Assembly: GCA_025359985.1 (NCBI GenBank)
Contig: JANYDB010000012.1
Span: 4,800-68,799, forward strand
DNA from: Burkholderiales bacterium
GTDB lineage: Bacteria; Pseudomonadota; Gammaproteobacteria; Burkholderiales; Usitatibacteraceae
Length of the DNA: 64,000 nucleotides
Reading direction: 5' to 3'
Of this stretch, positions 34,931 to 45,309 are shown piece by piece. The stretch's first letter is position 1. Each line of letters begins with the position of its first letter. The notes beneath the pieces are model-generated. The model was not told the DNA's origin and searched no databases. It saw only the letters and a program-made list of their open reading frames with translations. The translations under genes were made by a program, and so were the position numbers.

Positions 34931-37474
34931 ATGAGCCCTGTAAATTTTCGACACAAGTACGCGTTATTTGTATCGACCGTTGCTGCAATCATGATGAGCA
35001 CAACGATTGCTGCAGAAGAATTTTCCATTTATAAAATACCCCCTGCCCCACTACAATTAATTGTGGAGCAACGGCGCGCGCCATTAGTTAACCTGAGTCC
35101 GCGGCGGGATTTGGCGGTTATGGTAACGACGCCAACATTACCCAGTATTCGAGAAGTTGCTCAGCCCGAATTAAAACTCGCGGGCTTGCGTATTAACCCG
35201 CGCACATATAGTCAAAGTCGTTTTTCCTTCGGGGAAGATTTATGGCTGCTCGAGATTGAAACGCAAAAAGAAATTCGTATCAACGGGCTCCCGAAAAAAT
35301 TAAAGCTGGCCGATATTGCCTGGTCGCCCGATCAGCGCTCGCTTGCTTTTACGCATATTAATGACGTAAATGCAGACATGGCTGCGGTTGAGTTGTGGGT
35401 GATTAATGTTGCCAGCAAATCAACGCGAAAAATTTCTACCGCAGCGCTGAATACGGTTTATGGCCGCGGTTTTATCTGGATGCCAAATAGCCAATCGTTA
35501 TTGGTGCGGCTGCGGCCTGTCGGTCAGGCCGCAGCGCCGGTTTTAACCATCATCCCCGCAGGACCCAATACCCAAGATGCCGTCCCCGGCAGCGGTCAGC
35601 GGCAAGTAGTTACTTTGCAGGATTTATTAAAAAATGAAAAAGACGCAACAATATTTGATCATTACACGTTGACGCAACCGGCGATTATTGAGCTGACGGG
35701 AAAAGTAACTCTGGTTGGTGCGCCAGAGCGGATGTTGAGTTTCAACCCATCGCCAGATGGGAAATATTTACTTACCCAAACCTTTGAGCGTCCCTATTCA
35801 TATGTGGTTGCGGCACCATCGTTTCCGCGCCGTATCGAGGTGCGCGACTTGTCCGGTCAAACCATTTACACCGTGGCGAAGTTACCGATTGAAGAGGGCC
35901 TGCCGTCAGGCAATGACGCGGTTAGAACGGGCGTGCGTGATGTGAGTTGGCGCGCCGACGCGCCGGCCACTTTGGTTTGGGCCGAAGCACAGGACGGCGG
36001 AAATCCGGCTTTCGCCGTCCATATTCGCGACATTGTATTCGTGCAGGCCGCACCATTTAAAAATAAACCACGCGCGTTAATAAAACTGGAAAGTCGTTAC
36101 CAGAGCGCGCTATGGGCGCGTGGTGATCTAGCCATAGTTACAGAATATTGGTGGAAAACGCGCGCAGTCAAAACCTGGCGCGTTAAACCTGATCATCTTG
36201 ATACGCCTGACGTTGCCACGACAACAGCCGAACTCATGGCCCGCTATTCAAGCGAAGATCGCTACAATAATCCAGGGACGCCGACGACCATCACGGATTT
36301 GTCCGGTAACCCTCGGTTGTTAATTGCAAATGATGAGGAATCTATTTTTCTCGCCGGCGCTGGCGCATCACCTGAAGGCAATCGACCATTTTTGGATCGG
36401 CTGAATCTCACGACGAAAAAGAAAGACCGTTTGTTTCAATCTGAAGCGCCCAAGTTTGAAGAGGTTATTGCATTGCTGGACAACGAAGGCAAGCGTCTTC
36501 TCACCACCCGCGAATCACCCATCGAACCCACCAATTTTTATTTACGGGATTTGCGCAAGACCAAAGAAACACAACTTACAGCCTTGACTCAATTTCCTCA
36601 TCCCGCTCCGCAATTAATGGGCGTACAAAAAGAGCAAATTCGTTATAAGCGAGCTGATGGTGTGGATCTGACTGCGACACTCTATTTGCCGCCCAACTAT
36701 GATTCCAAGCGCGATGGCCCACTACCGATGCTCCTATGGGCATACCCACAAGAATTCGCGACAGCAAATGCGGCCAGCCAGGTAACCTCATCCCCTCATC
36801 GTTTTAACAACATTAGTTACTGGGGTCCTCAGGCCATGCTGTCGATGGGTTATGCGGTACTCGATAATCCTTCCATGCCGATCATCGGTGAGGGTGATAA
36901 AGAGGCCAACGATACTTATTTGCCGCAACTAATTGCCAATGCAGAGGCGGCGGTTAATGAGGTGGTAAAACGCGGAGTGGCCGATCGTGATCGTATCGCC
37001 ATTGGTGGGCATTCCTACGGCGCATTTATGACAGCCAATTTACTTGCCCACACACGGCTGTTTCGGGCCGGCATTGCGCGTTCCGGCGCGTATAACCGCA
37101 CCTTAACGCCGTTCGGTTTTCAGGCCGAAGAGCGCCCGTTCTGGAAAGCCAAAGATACTTACAACGCGATGTCACCGTTCAATTTTGCGGACAATATCAA
37201 AGATGCGTTGCTCATCATTCACGGCGAGCAGGATAATAACGCCGGCACCTTCCCCATTCAAAGCGAGCGGCTCTTTCAAGCTATAAAGGGTCTTGGCGGC
37301 ACCGCCCGCCTGGTACTGCTCCCCATTGAAAGTCATGGCTACCGCGCGCGCGAATCTATCTCGCACATGCTTTACGAAATGAACTTATGGATGGAAAAAT
37401 ACGTAAAGAATGCACGGCCGCGCGAAGCTGTAAGCGAGCAAGAAACCCTCAAGCCGATTAGCGCACCAAAGTAA
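34931..37474 (+). CDS. Secreted S9-family (prolyl oligopeptidase/dipeptidyl peptidase-like) serine peptidase
   Basis: It has a signal peptide, a long beta-propeller-like N-terminal part, and a C-terminal alpha/beta hydrolase domain with the nucleophile elbow GGHSYGAFM. Downstream Asp and His candidates are GEQDNN and ESHGY. Confidence 0.8.
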   Translation: MSPVNFRHKYALFVSTVAAIMMSTTIAAEEFSIYKIPPAPLQLIVEQRRAPLVNLSPRRDLAVMVTTPTLPSIREVAQPELKLAGLRINPRTYSQSRFSFGEDLWLLEIETQKEIRINGLPKKLKLADIAWSPDQRSLAFTHINDVNADMAAVELWVINVASKSTRKISTAALNTVYGRGFIWMPNSQSLLVRLRPVGQAAAPVLTIIPAGPNTQDAVPGSGQRQVVTLQDLLKNEKDATIFDHYTLTQPAIIELTGKVTLVGAPERMLSFNPSPDGKYLLTQTFERPYSYVVAAPSFPRRIEVRDLSGQTIYTVAKLPIEEGLPSGNDAVRTGVRDVSWRADAPATLVWAEAQDGGNPAFAVHIRDIVFVQAAPFKNKPRALIKLESRYQSALWARGDLAIVTEYWWKTRAVKTWRVKPDHLDTPDVATTTAELMARYSSEDRYNNPGTPTTITDLSGNPRLLIANDEESIFLAGAGASPEGNRPFLDRLNLTTKKKDRLFQSEAPKFEEVIALLDNEGKRLLTTRESPIEPTNFYLRDLRKTKETQLTALTQFPHPAPQLMGVQKEQIRYKRADGVDLTATLYLPPNYDSKRDGPLPMLLWAYPQEFATANAASQVTSSPHRFNNISYWGPQAMLSMGYAVLDNPSMPIIGEGDKEANDTYLPQLIANAEAAVNEVVKRGVADRDRIAIGGHSYGAFMTANLLAHTRLFRAGIARSGAYNRTLTPFGFQAEERPFWKAKDTYNAMSPFNFADNIKDALLIIHGEQDNNAGTFPIQSERLFQAIKGLGGTARLVLLPIESHGYRARESISHMLYEMNLWMEKYVKNARPREAVSEQETLKPISAPK

Positions 37475-37485
37475 ACAGTAGCATT

Positions 37486-37525
37486 GGCGAGGCGTTCAGA
37501 GCATTTATGCCATAAACGCCTCGTC
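37486..37525 (+). terminator. Stem-loop after the S9 peptidase gene (terminator-like, no U-tract)
   Basis: It has an 11-bp stem (ggcgaggcgtt / aacgcctcgtc, including one G:U pair) and an 18-nt loop, with no T-run after it. Confidence 0.35.
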
Positions 37526-37889
37526 AGTACTAGAGATTGATTTTCATTAATAGCTACAGCGCATGGCGACGCGATCACGCTTCTGCGTAATACGGTCGGC
37601 AAGCAAGCCGGAAAGATAAGGTATCTATTGGCGTGACTGCCCAAAGACTGCGCGTTTGCTTTGATCGTCATAGCCGAAGGGGGTTGGGTCTCGCCGGCAA
37701 ATATTTGGCAACCTGTCGCTTGGTGTCATGGGTAGAAAAAGTAGGGTTGAAGTCGGCATAAGATAAGAAAAATCATCGCGCAGCACGTTAGTTTGCTTGT
37801 TTTCTGAAGACAAGGTAAATCTTAATGACAGCGTGCCGGGCATCAATACGGTTGCGGAATAAATCTCTTACGTTGTTTTATGCTTGTCG

Positions 37890-40730
37890 TTACTGCTTTT
37901 TTGCAGTGGATGTTATACCCGCTTTGACTACTTTAGTTTTAGCCGCGTCTTTAATGGTTGTCGTTTTGATTATGGCGTCTTTAGTAGTTTTATTAGCGGC
38001 TGATTTAGTTGCCGATTTCGCTGTTTTTTTCGGCGCTTTTTTGGCAACTTTTTTAGCTATGATGCCGCCAGATTTTTCTTCGATCAAGGCAATCGCTTCG
38101 TCAAGCGTAATAGAGTCGGCTTGGTCTTTATCGGAAAGGGTCGCGTTTGTGGTGCCATGCTTCACATACGGCCCGTAGCGGCCCGAATAAACAGAAATTA
38201 CCTGGTCATCTGCCGGATGTTTGCCGAGGATGCGCAACGCACCGGCCGACCCGCTAGCGGCGGCGGCGCGCGTACCTTTGCCACCGGCTTTGGGTTCGCG
38301 TTGTTCAAACTCAAAGCTGGTTTTCCCGTCAGGTTGACGCACCAGGTAAGCAGAGAACGGGCGGCCTTTTTTGGAAATAAATTTTTCCAGCAAATCGGTC
38401 TTGCCATCCGTTAATAACTTCACCATTTGTTCGCGTTCGATGGTGCGTTTCAGGATCACGCGGCCTGAACGGAAGTCGCAGGTTTTGGCTGAGCCAACCG
38501 CTTTTTCACAGCCATAAGCATTGGGCATTTCGAATACACGCGAACCGCATTTGGGGCAAGCGCCTAATGACTCTTGGCCGGAAAAGTCAGGTGGCTCGCC
38601 ATCTTCACTATCTTTATCGCCCCATGAAAATTCGATGGCAAACTCTTTATTCAGAATCAAATTGGCTGAAAACGCCCGCCCAAGGCGGCTTCTAAAGCCA
38701 TCAAGCGGGCCGACATCTTTTTGCTCAATCAGGGTTTCAGCTTCATGCATTTCAAGCTGGCGTCCAGCGAGGATTTTCCAAAAACCAAAATCGCATTTCT
38801 GGCACTGGAATTTTTTATAATTTTCATGAATCTCACCTCCGCATTTCGGGCAAGCAACATTAAGCTTACCAAAATCGCCAGGGATCGTATCAGCTTCGAA
38901 ATTCTTGGCTTGGCCGACGATATGCTTCGTCATCTCGATGATTTCAGCCATGAATTTCTTACGGGAAAGTTTGCCTTGCTGCATTTGCGAAAGCTTGTAT
39001 TCCCACTCAGCCGTCATCTCTGGCGAAAACAGTTCGGGAACACCCAGCCCATGCAATAAAGTCATCAGCGAGAATGCTTTTGCAGTCGGGATCAACTCAC
39101 GACCTTCACGCAAAATATATTTTTCAAACAGCAGACCTTCAATCGTGGCGGCGCGCGTGGCGGGCGTGCCAAGACCTTTTTCTTTCATAGCCGCACGCAG
39201 TTCATCGTCATCAATAAGTTTGCCAGCGCCTTCCATGGCCGACAGCAGTGTTGCTTCTGAGTAGCGTGCGGGCGGTTTGGTTTGCGTCGGTTTTGATTCA
39301 ATAGTTTCAGCTTTAACTTTCTCGCCCTGCTTGACGGCGGAAAGATTACTGGTCGCATTTTCATCATCAATTTCGCGGCCATAAACAGCCAACCAGCCGG
39401 CATTAACTAACACCTTGCCTTCTGATTTGAACGGTTCGTTTTCCACGCGCGTAATGCGCGTGGTTTGCAAAAACTCCGCGCTTGGGTGGAACACCGCGAG
39501 AAAACGTTTGACCACAAAGTCGTATAGCTTCGCTTCAATTTCATTGAGCGATTTTGGCTCCTGCAAGGTCGGGATGATGGCGAAGTGATCGGATATTTTC
39601 GAATTATCGAAAATCCGCTTGTTTGGCCGCACCCATTTTTCATCCAGAATTTTTTTGGCAAAGGTATTGTAAGGGCCTTCCTTCAACATTTTTAAGGTGT
39701 CTTTGACGGTATCAATATAGTCTTCTGGCAACGCACGCGCATCAGTACGTGGATAAGTTAAAACTTTGTGTTTTTCATACAGTGCCTGAGCCAGGCCAAG
39801 CGTTGTTTTCGCACTAAAGCCGAAACGTGAATTGGCCTCTCGCTGCAGCGACGTCAAGTCAAATAGCATCGGAGGTGCCTGCGTGGTTGGCTTGGACTCT
39901 TCCTCCACCGTGCCAATTTTGCCCATACATTTGGTGACCAAAGCGCGGGCTGATTTCTCATCCCAGATACGCTCTGGTTTCAACGCTTCATCATCAGATT
40001 TTTTGAATTTTTCATCGAACCAGCGGCCCGCATAGTCGCCGCCAGAAGCTGAAAAACTACCAATCACTTCCCAATAATCACGCGGTTTAAAGACTTTAAT
40101 TTTGGCTTCGCGTTCGACCATAATCGCGAGCGTTGGAGTTTGCACCCGCCCGACGGTGGTGAGCTGGAATCCACCTAATTTGGAGTTGAACGCGGTCATT
40201 GCGCGCGTGCCATTGATGCCGACCAACCAATCAGATTCTGATCGGCATACTGCAGCATCTGCCAGCGGCCCGTAGGATTCGCCGGTGGCTAGGCTTTTGA
40301 AACCATCGCGGATCGCGTTTTGTGTCATTGATTGCAGCCAAAGGCGCTGAATCGGATGCTTTGATTTTGCATATTGTGCGATGTAGCGGAAGATCAATTC
40401 ACCTTCACGCCCCGCGTCACACGCGTTAATCAGGCCGGACACATCCTTGCGTTTGATGAGCTTTAGTAGCAGCTTCAAACGGGATTCAGTTTTTTCTATC
40501 GGACGCAATGCAAACTGTGTAGGAATCGCAGGCAGATGAGCGAATGTCCATTTGCCCCGCTTGACCTCCTCTTCCTCCGGCATGGCGATTTCGACCAAGT
40601 GACCGACAGCAGATGAAAGCACAAAGTCATCGCTTTCAAGGAAATCGTCTTTTTTACTAAAGCCGCCCAACGCCTTTGCAATATCATTAGCAACGGAGGG
40701 TTTTTCAGCGATGATGAGGCGTTTGGTCAC
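37890..40730 (-). CDS. topB: Type IA DNA topoisomerase, topoisomerase III-like, with C-terminal zinc ribbons and a Lys-rich tail
   Basis: Its Toprim N-terminus LIIAEKPSVANDIAKALGG resembles TopB (E. coli FIAEKPSLARAIADVL) rather than the TopA-type VESPAKAKTI. It has two CPKCG... zinc-ribbon motifs and the C-terminal tail KKVAKKAPKKTAKSATKSAANK.... The start is GTG. Confidence 0.8.
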   Translation of the reverse strand: MTKRLIIAEKPSVANDIAKALGGFSKKDDFLESDDFVLSSAVGHLVEIAMPEEEEVKRGKWTFAHLPAIPTQFALRPIEKTESRLKLLLKLIKRKDVSGLINACDAGREGELIFRYIAQYAKSKHPIQRLWLQSMTQNAIRDGFKSLATGESYGPLADAAVCRSESDWLVGINGTRAMTAFNSKLGGFQLTTVGRVQTPTLAIMVEREAKIKVFKPRDYWEVIGSFSASGGDYAGRWFDEKFKKSDDEALKPERIWDEKSARALVTKCMGKIGTVEEESKPTTQAPPMLFDLTSLQREANSRFGFSAKTTLGLAQALYEKHKVLTYPRTDARALPEDYIDTVKDTLKMLKEGPYNTFAKKILDEKWVRPNKRIFDNSKISDHFAIIPTLQEPKSLNEIEAKLYDFVVKRFLAVFHPSAEFLQTTRITRVENEPFKSEGKVLVNAGWLAVYGREIDDENATSNLSAVKQGEKVKAETIESKPTQTKPPARYSEATLLSAMEGAGKLIDDDELRAAMKEKGLGTPATRAATIEGLLFEKYILREGRELIPTAKAFSLMTLLHGLGVPELFSPEMTAEWEYKLSQMQQGKLSRKKFMAEIIEMTKHIVGQAKNFEADTIPGDFGKLNVACPKCGGEIHENYKKFQCQKCDFGFWKILAGRQLEMHEAETLIEQKDVGPLDGFRSRLGRAFSANLILNKEFAIEFSWGDKDSEDGEPPDFSGQESLGACPKCGSRVFEMPNAYGCEKAVGSAKTCDFRSGRVILKRTIEREQMVKLLTDGKTDLLEKFISKKGRPFSAYLVRQPDGKTSFEFEQREPKAGGKGTRAAAASGSAGALRILGKHPADDQVISVYSGRYGPYVKHGTTNATLSDKDQADSITLDEAIALIEEKSGGIIAKKVAKKAPKKTAKSATKSAANKTTKDAIIKTTTIKDAAKTKVVKAGITSTAKKQ

Positions 40731-40959
40731 GGCGGGGTTCGTTTTCTGATGAATTCTGATGAATGAAAAAGCAATATTAAAATGGTCTGCGCAATGGCAT
40801 TAAACGGCAAAAACGGACAAATGATAGGCAGGGTTGACTGGTTTTTACAAGCAACATTCAAGAGCACACTATCTTAAATAATAATTGGAGATCATTATCA
40901 CAATCTCAAGTCATTACAAATTACCCGTGAACATCCCGGAACTCCATTTATACCAGCGA

Positions 40960-42078
40960 TCAAGATAATCGCTGGTACCGCCCACCCGGCAGTGGAGCAA
41001 TAACGCCGTCAATTTCTAACTCTGTCATGCGCGCAATGATGTGATCAGCGGGTAGCGTCACCCTTTCCAGCAAAGCATCAATCGATACAGGGTCATAACC
41101 CATGGCGGTCAAAATGGGGTCTGCATCATTTTCGTTACCGGGATCGTCTGTACTGGTGTTAATGTCTAGCTTGTAAGTTGCTGATACTGCGGTCGTCCGC
41201 CATTGCAGCTCCACTAAAATATCATTTGCGTCATCCACCAGCTTTGCGCCCTGCTTGATTAACTGATGGCAGCCCTTAGAAAAAGGCGAATGAATTGTAC
41301 CGGGAATGGCAAACACTTCACGGCCTTGCTCGCCGGCTTGTCTAGCGGTAATCAGCGAACCAGACGCTAATGCAGCCTCGACCACCAACACGCCGCGCGA
41401 TAGCCCGCTGATAATACGGTTGCGACGTGGAAAATTATTAGCAAGGGCCGGCGTTCCCAAAGAAAATTCTGAGAGGATCAGGCCATTTTGCGCTAACTCA
41501 TGCGCCAGCGCTTTATTGCGGGCGGGATAAACCAGATCGAGACCGGTACCGATTACTGCAATCGATGACGCGCCTCCATCAAGCCCACCACGATGCGCCG
41601 CCGCATCGATTCCTAGCGCCATTCCCGAAATAATAGTGAGGCCAGCCTGCGAAAGTACGCGCGAGAAGCCTTCGGCGTTTTGTATGCCCACCGGTGTAGC
41701 GTTGCGACTACCCACCACAGCAATTCCTGTACGACCCAATAATTCGCGTCGGCCTTTCATATATAAAATTGGTGGTGGATCACTTATTTCCAATAAAACT
41801 TTTGGATAATCCTCGTCTGCCAGGGTCAGCAAGTGATTGTTCTCATGTTCAAGCCAGGCTAGCGCTGCCTGAAGCCTGTCGGGGTCAGCGCCTGCCGCAA
41901 TAGAGTCGGCCACTTTGGGGCCAACATATTGCGAGAGAGGGGCTGCGGCACTGCCTAAAATGGCAGCAGGCGAACCGAACTGAATCAGCAAGCGGCGTAA
42001 TTTTTCGCCGCCCAAACCTGGAATGAGATCAAGGCTAAGCCATGCATGATGTTCTGCCCCATGGTGCGGTACAGGCAT
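40960..42078 (-). CDS. dprA: DNA-processing protein DprA (Smf)
   Basis: It has the Rossmann-like core VVGSRNATP...IISGMALGIDAAAHRG...LSEF and lies near def/fmt, as in many proteobacteria. Confidence 0.92.
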   Translation of the reverse strand: MPVPHHGAEHHAWLSLDLIPGLGGEKLRRLLIQFGSPAAILGSAAAPLSQYVGPKVADSIAAGADPDRLQAALAWLEHENNHLLTLADEDYPKVLLEISDPPPILYMKGRRELLGRTGIAVVGSRNATPVGIQNAEGFSRVLSQAGLTIISGMALGIDAAAHRGGLDGGASSIAVIGTGLDLVYPARNKALAHELAQNGLILSEFSLGTPALANNFPRRNRIISGLSRGVLVVEAALASGSLITARQAGEQGREVFAIPGTIHSPFSKGCHQLIKQGAKLVDDANDILVELQWRTTAVSATYKLDINTSTDDPGNENDADPILTAMGYDPVSIDALLERVTLPADHIIARMTELEIDGVIAPLPGGRYQRLS

Positions 42079-42136
42079 GAGTTGAGGGCGCGAAAAAGGA
42101 CTAAGCGAAAGGGGCGGAGTCTCTTAAAAAATAGGG

Positions 42137-43399
42137 TTAGGGTTTTTGCACCACATCACCTACTTTAAGCGGGCGATTACTACTCATAACCAGAGCATAA
42201 GAAACTTTATCAAACACCCGAAACACAAATAGCAGGCCGTTGCGCTCATCCGCCAGCTTTACCGTTGGTGGTAGCTTGTCGATATTGGATTTATGCATAA
42301 ATTCCGGCACTAGCGAACTCCATCTAAATTCGTCTGTTTTAGTGCTGACCGTAGGACCAGCGCGCATGCCCGCCAGGACATGGCCCACTTGCATACCATT
42401 GCGCTTGCCTAAATTAATCACCACGACCGAGTATTGGGCGCTTTCGGCTATGCCACCCAGCACTGAAATGACAGTACCTCTGACATCGTTGTCAGGCGCG
42501 CGCGGAACATAAGATGGAATTGTGCCCTCGGTCGTGGGTGTCAGTCGATCGCCCTTATTAATTTCCTGAGTAGCCTTAACCACTTCTACCGTTGAGCTTT
42601 CGCCAAACTTGTTGACTTTGGCTTCGCCCAGATAAATAGCCTCGTATCCCAAAATCTCATTCGTATCAGGATCGCTCAATTGCTTACCCGGACGATATAT
42701 TTGCCAGCGAGTGCCCATCTCAGGTTTCATCGCTACGACATACGCTTTATCGCCGGGACCAACAATAACGCGGCCATCATCGGCCGCAACAATTTTGGGC
42801 GCGTTAATCAAAGCATCCTCTTCGGCTACAAGTGGCAACGATAAAAATGGGGCGATGTCACGTGCGCGAATCGAGGCTATAGCCTGTGCAAATTTATCAA
42901 CGCGGACGCCTGGTGAAAGCCTGATGGTGCTGCCCGGTATGCCGTTTGCACCGCTATTTGCAATTAAGAGCCTGGGATTGCCGTTGGCGTCAAAGGATAA
43001 GTTAATGATGTCGCCAGGATAAATCCAGTGCGGATCTTTAATCTGCTCGCGGTTGAGGTTCCAAATTTCTGGCCATCTCCACGGCTCTTTCAAAAATTTT
43101 CCTGAAATGTCCCATAGGGTATCGCCCTTGACCACGATATACGACGAGGGCGCATTTTCAGCGAGTGTTAAAGGCAGCGTCTTCGTTCCGCTCTCTAAAT
43201 TGCCGGCTGCCATTTTTTCAACAGATGGTTTTTTATCCGCAATGGTTTTAGCAACGGCAGGTCTTGATTCGGCTGCTGAATTTGGGACTGCACTCGGTGC
43301 AGCAGACGTATTTTTAGGCGTTGTCTGAGCTAAAACAATTTGGGGAACAAATCCTGAGATGACAAGGACTAATAGGAGGAAATAGGAAGGTTTGGTCAT
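42137..43399 (-). CDS. LysM domain-containing periplasmic protein
   Basis: It has a signal peptide and a LysM motif (YIVVKGDTLWDISGKFLKEPWRWPEIWNLN...IYPGDIINL). It is divergent from def, a conserved arrangement. Confidence 0.85.
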   Translation of the reverse strand: MTKPSYFLLLVLVISGFVPQIVLAQTTPKNTSAAPSAVPNSAAESRPAVAKTIADKKPSVEKMAAGNLESGTKTLPLTLAENAPSSYIVVKGDTLWDISGKFLKEPWRWPEIWNLNREQIKDPHWIYPGDIINLSFDANGNPRLLIANSGANGIPGSTIRLSPGVRVDKFAQAIASIRARDIAPFLSLPLVAEEDALINAPKIVAADDGRVIVGPGDKAYVVAMKPEMGTRWQIYRPGKQLSDPDTNEILGYEAIYLGEAKVNKFGESSTVEVVKATQEINKGDRLTPTTEGTIPSYVPRAPDNDVRGTVISVLGGIAESAQYSVVVINLGKRNGMQVGHVLAGMRAGPTVSTKTDEFRWSSLVPEFMHKSNIDKLPPTVKLADERNGLLFVFRVFDKVSYALVMSSNRPLKVGDVVQKP

Positions 43400-43669
43400 G
43401 TCTGGTCTCGCTTAAAGTTGCGGGATGCCTTTATGGGTGCAGTCAGAAAGCTAAGGGTCAGGAATACAGTCCTACTTCGGTGCTGTCGGCTGCACAACGG
43501 CTATATGAGTCTAGAAAAGTGTATAGAAGCATTTACCAGCTGTATCTCGCCAGCTGACAGATTTGCTACTTTGGGCCACTTCAACTAGACTTGGACCAAT
43601 ATCTTCCGCCTCAAAGTTAAAGTTACTTCTTAAGATTCTGCACCTAATTTATTCAATTCGCAAGCAATT

Positions 43670-44224
43670 ATGGCCATTCTGGATGTTGTGACATACCCCG
43701 ATCCCCGCCTGACCCGTATCGCGGAGCCAGTCAAACTTATCGACAATAAAATCAAAAAATTGGTCGATGATATGGCTGAAACCATGTATGAAGCGCCTGG
43801 TGTGGGCCTCGCCGCCACCCAGGTTGGCGAGTTAAAGCGCATCATGGTAATTGATGTTTCTGAAGAAAAAAATCAGTTACGCGTGTTCATTAACCCGGAA
43901 ATTATCAAAAAAGAAGGCACGGCAGTCAATGAAGAAGGTTGCCTGTCGGTTCCCGGTTTTTATGACAAGGTGGAGCGTGCTGAGACCGTTATGGTGACCG
44001 CACTTGATCGCGACGGTCAACGATTTACCATCAATGCATCTGGTTTGCTGGCGGTGTGTATTCAGCACGAGATTGACCACTTGGATGGCCACGTGTTTGT
44101 TGAGTATTTATCACCTCTTAAAGCAAACCGGATCAAGAACAAGCTAGTCAAACGACAGCGTGAAATTGAACGTGAAGCTGAAATCGCAGCGCCACGCAGA
44201 CGCATTGCGGCGGCTCGAGCTTAG
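43670..44224 (+). CDS. def: Peptide deformylase
   Basis: It has the three deformylase motifs: [13 protein letters not shown] and HEIDH. Confidence 0.96.
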   Translation: MAILDVVTYPDPRLTRIAEPVKLIDNKIKKLVDDMAETMYEAPGVGLAATQVGELKRIMVIDVSEEKNQLRVFINPEIIKKEGTAVNEEGCLSVPGFYDKVERAETVMVTALDRDGQRFTINASGLLAVCIQHEIDHLDGHVFVEYLSPLKANRIKNKLVKRQREIEREAEIAAPRRRIAAARA

Positions 44225-44355
44225 TTAGCTGTCCAAATTCAAGGGCTGGTTCAAAGGCAAGTTTAAGATTAGGTCACCTGTAGTTATCAACAGCGCCGGC
44301 GCAATTGCCGGCGTTGCCATTTTTAGCCAGTGAAACTGCTGGCGGATACGATCCC

Positions 44356-45309
44356 ATGAGAATTATTTTTGCCGGCACCCCTCGTTTTGCCGCTGCCGCG
44401 TTGGCCGCATTGAAAGCGGCTAATCACGAAATCGTGTTGGTGCTCACTCAGCCGGATCGTCAGGCGGGACGAGGCATGAGGCTCAGGCCGAGCGAGGCCG
44501 CACAAGAGGCATCTCGGCTTGATTTGCATATTGAAAAGCCGCTAACGTTGAAAGACGCGTCAATGCAAGCCATGTTACGTGATGCAAAAGCGGATGTTAT
44601 GGTGGTAGCCGCCTATGGGCTGCTGTTACCGCAGGCAGTACTTGATATTCCGCTGCGTGGCTGCATTAATATTCATGCATCGCTGCTACCGCGATGGCGC
44701 GGAGCGGCCCCCATACAGCGCGCAATTGAAGCCGGTGATAGCGTTACCGGTATCTCCATTATGCAAATGGATGCGGGTCTTGACACCGGCCCGGTGCTAC
44801 TTGAAAAACGCATCCCAATTGATCAACACCTGGATACCAGTGCGATCTTATTTGAGAAAATGACGGCGCTGGGCGCACAAAGTATTGTTGAGGTAATTGC
44901 CCAATTATCTCAATTCCCGTCCTATCCACAGCCTTTGAGCGGTGTTACTTATGCACGCAAAATCGAAAAATCCGAAGCCGCTATTGACTGGCGTGAATCG
45001 GCCACAGTGCTGGAGCGACGCATTCGCGCATTTGATCCCTTCCCCGGCTGCGAAGCCCAGTTAGGTGATGAAACCCTTAAAATTTGGCGAGGATCAGTAG
45101 TTGCCGCCAAGGCTTCGCAAGCACCCGGTACGATTCTCCCCATGGCAACCGGGTTGTTTACCGTGCAGTGCGGTCAGGACGCATTGGCTCTGGAGGTAGT
45201 GCAGAAAGCAGGCGGCAAACGTCTCGCCACGGCGGAATTTTTGCGAGGAATGGCCATTAATGGCGCAGCCGTAACCCATGCAGCTCAATTAAGAAGTGTC
45301 CTCCCATGA
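44356..45309 (+). CDS. fmt: Methionyl-tRNA formyltransferase
   Basis: It begins MRIIFAGTPRFAA and contains the SLLPRWRGAAPIQ motif. The ORF-track start at 44305 is an over-extension. Confidence 0.95.
   Translation: MRIIFAGTPRFAAAALAALKAANHEIVLVLTQPDRQAGRGMRLRPSEAAQEASRLDLHIEKPLTLKDASMQAMLRDAKADVMVVAAYGLLLPQAVLDIPLRGCINIHASLLPRWRGAAPIQRAIEAGDSVTGISIMQMDAGLDTGPVLLEKRIPIDQHLDTSAILFEKMTALGAQSIVEVIAQLSQFPSYPQPLSGVTYARKIEKSEAAIDWRESATVLERRIRAFDPFPGCEAQLGDETLKIWRGSVVAAKASQAPGTILPMATGLFTVQCGQDALALEVVQKAGGKRLATAEFLRGMAINGAAVTHAAQLRSVLP

Noticed and set aside
37372-37846. Two minus-strand ORFs (99 aa and 73 aa) lie in the peptidase-topoisomerase gap.
   Set aside because: They have no recognisable motifs and no ribosome-binding context. 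One overlaps the 3' end of the well-supported S9 peptidase gene.
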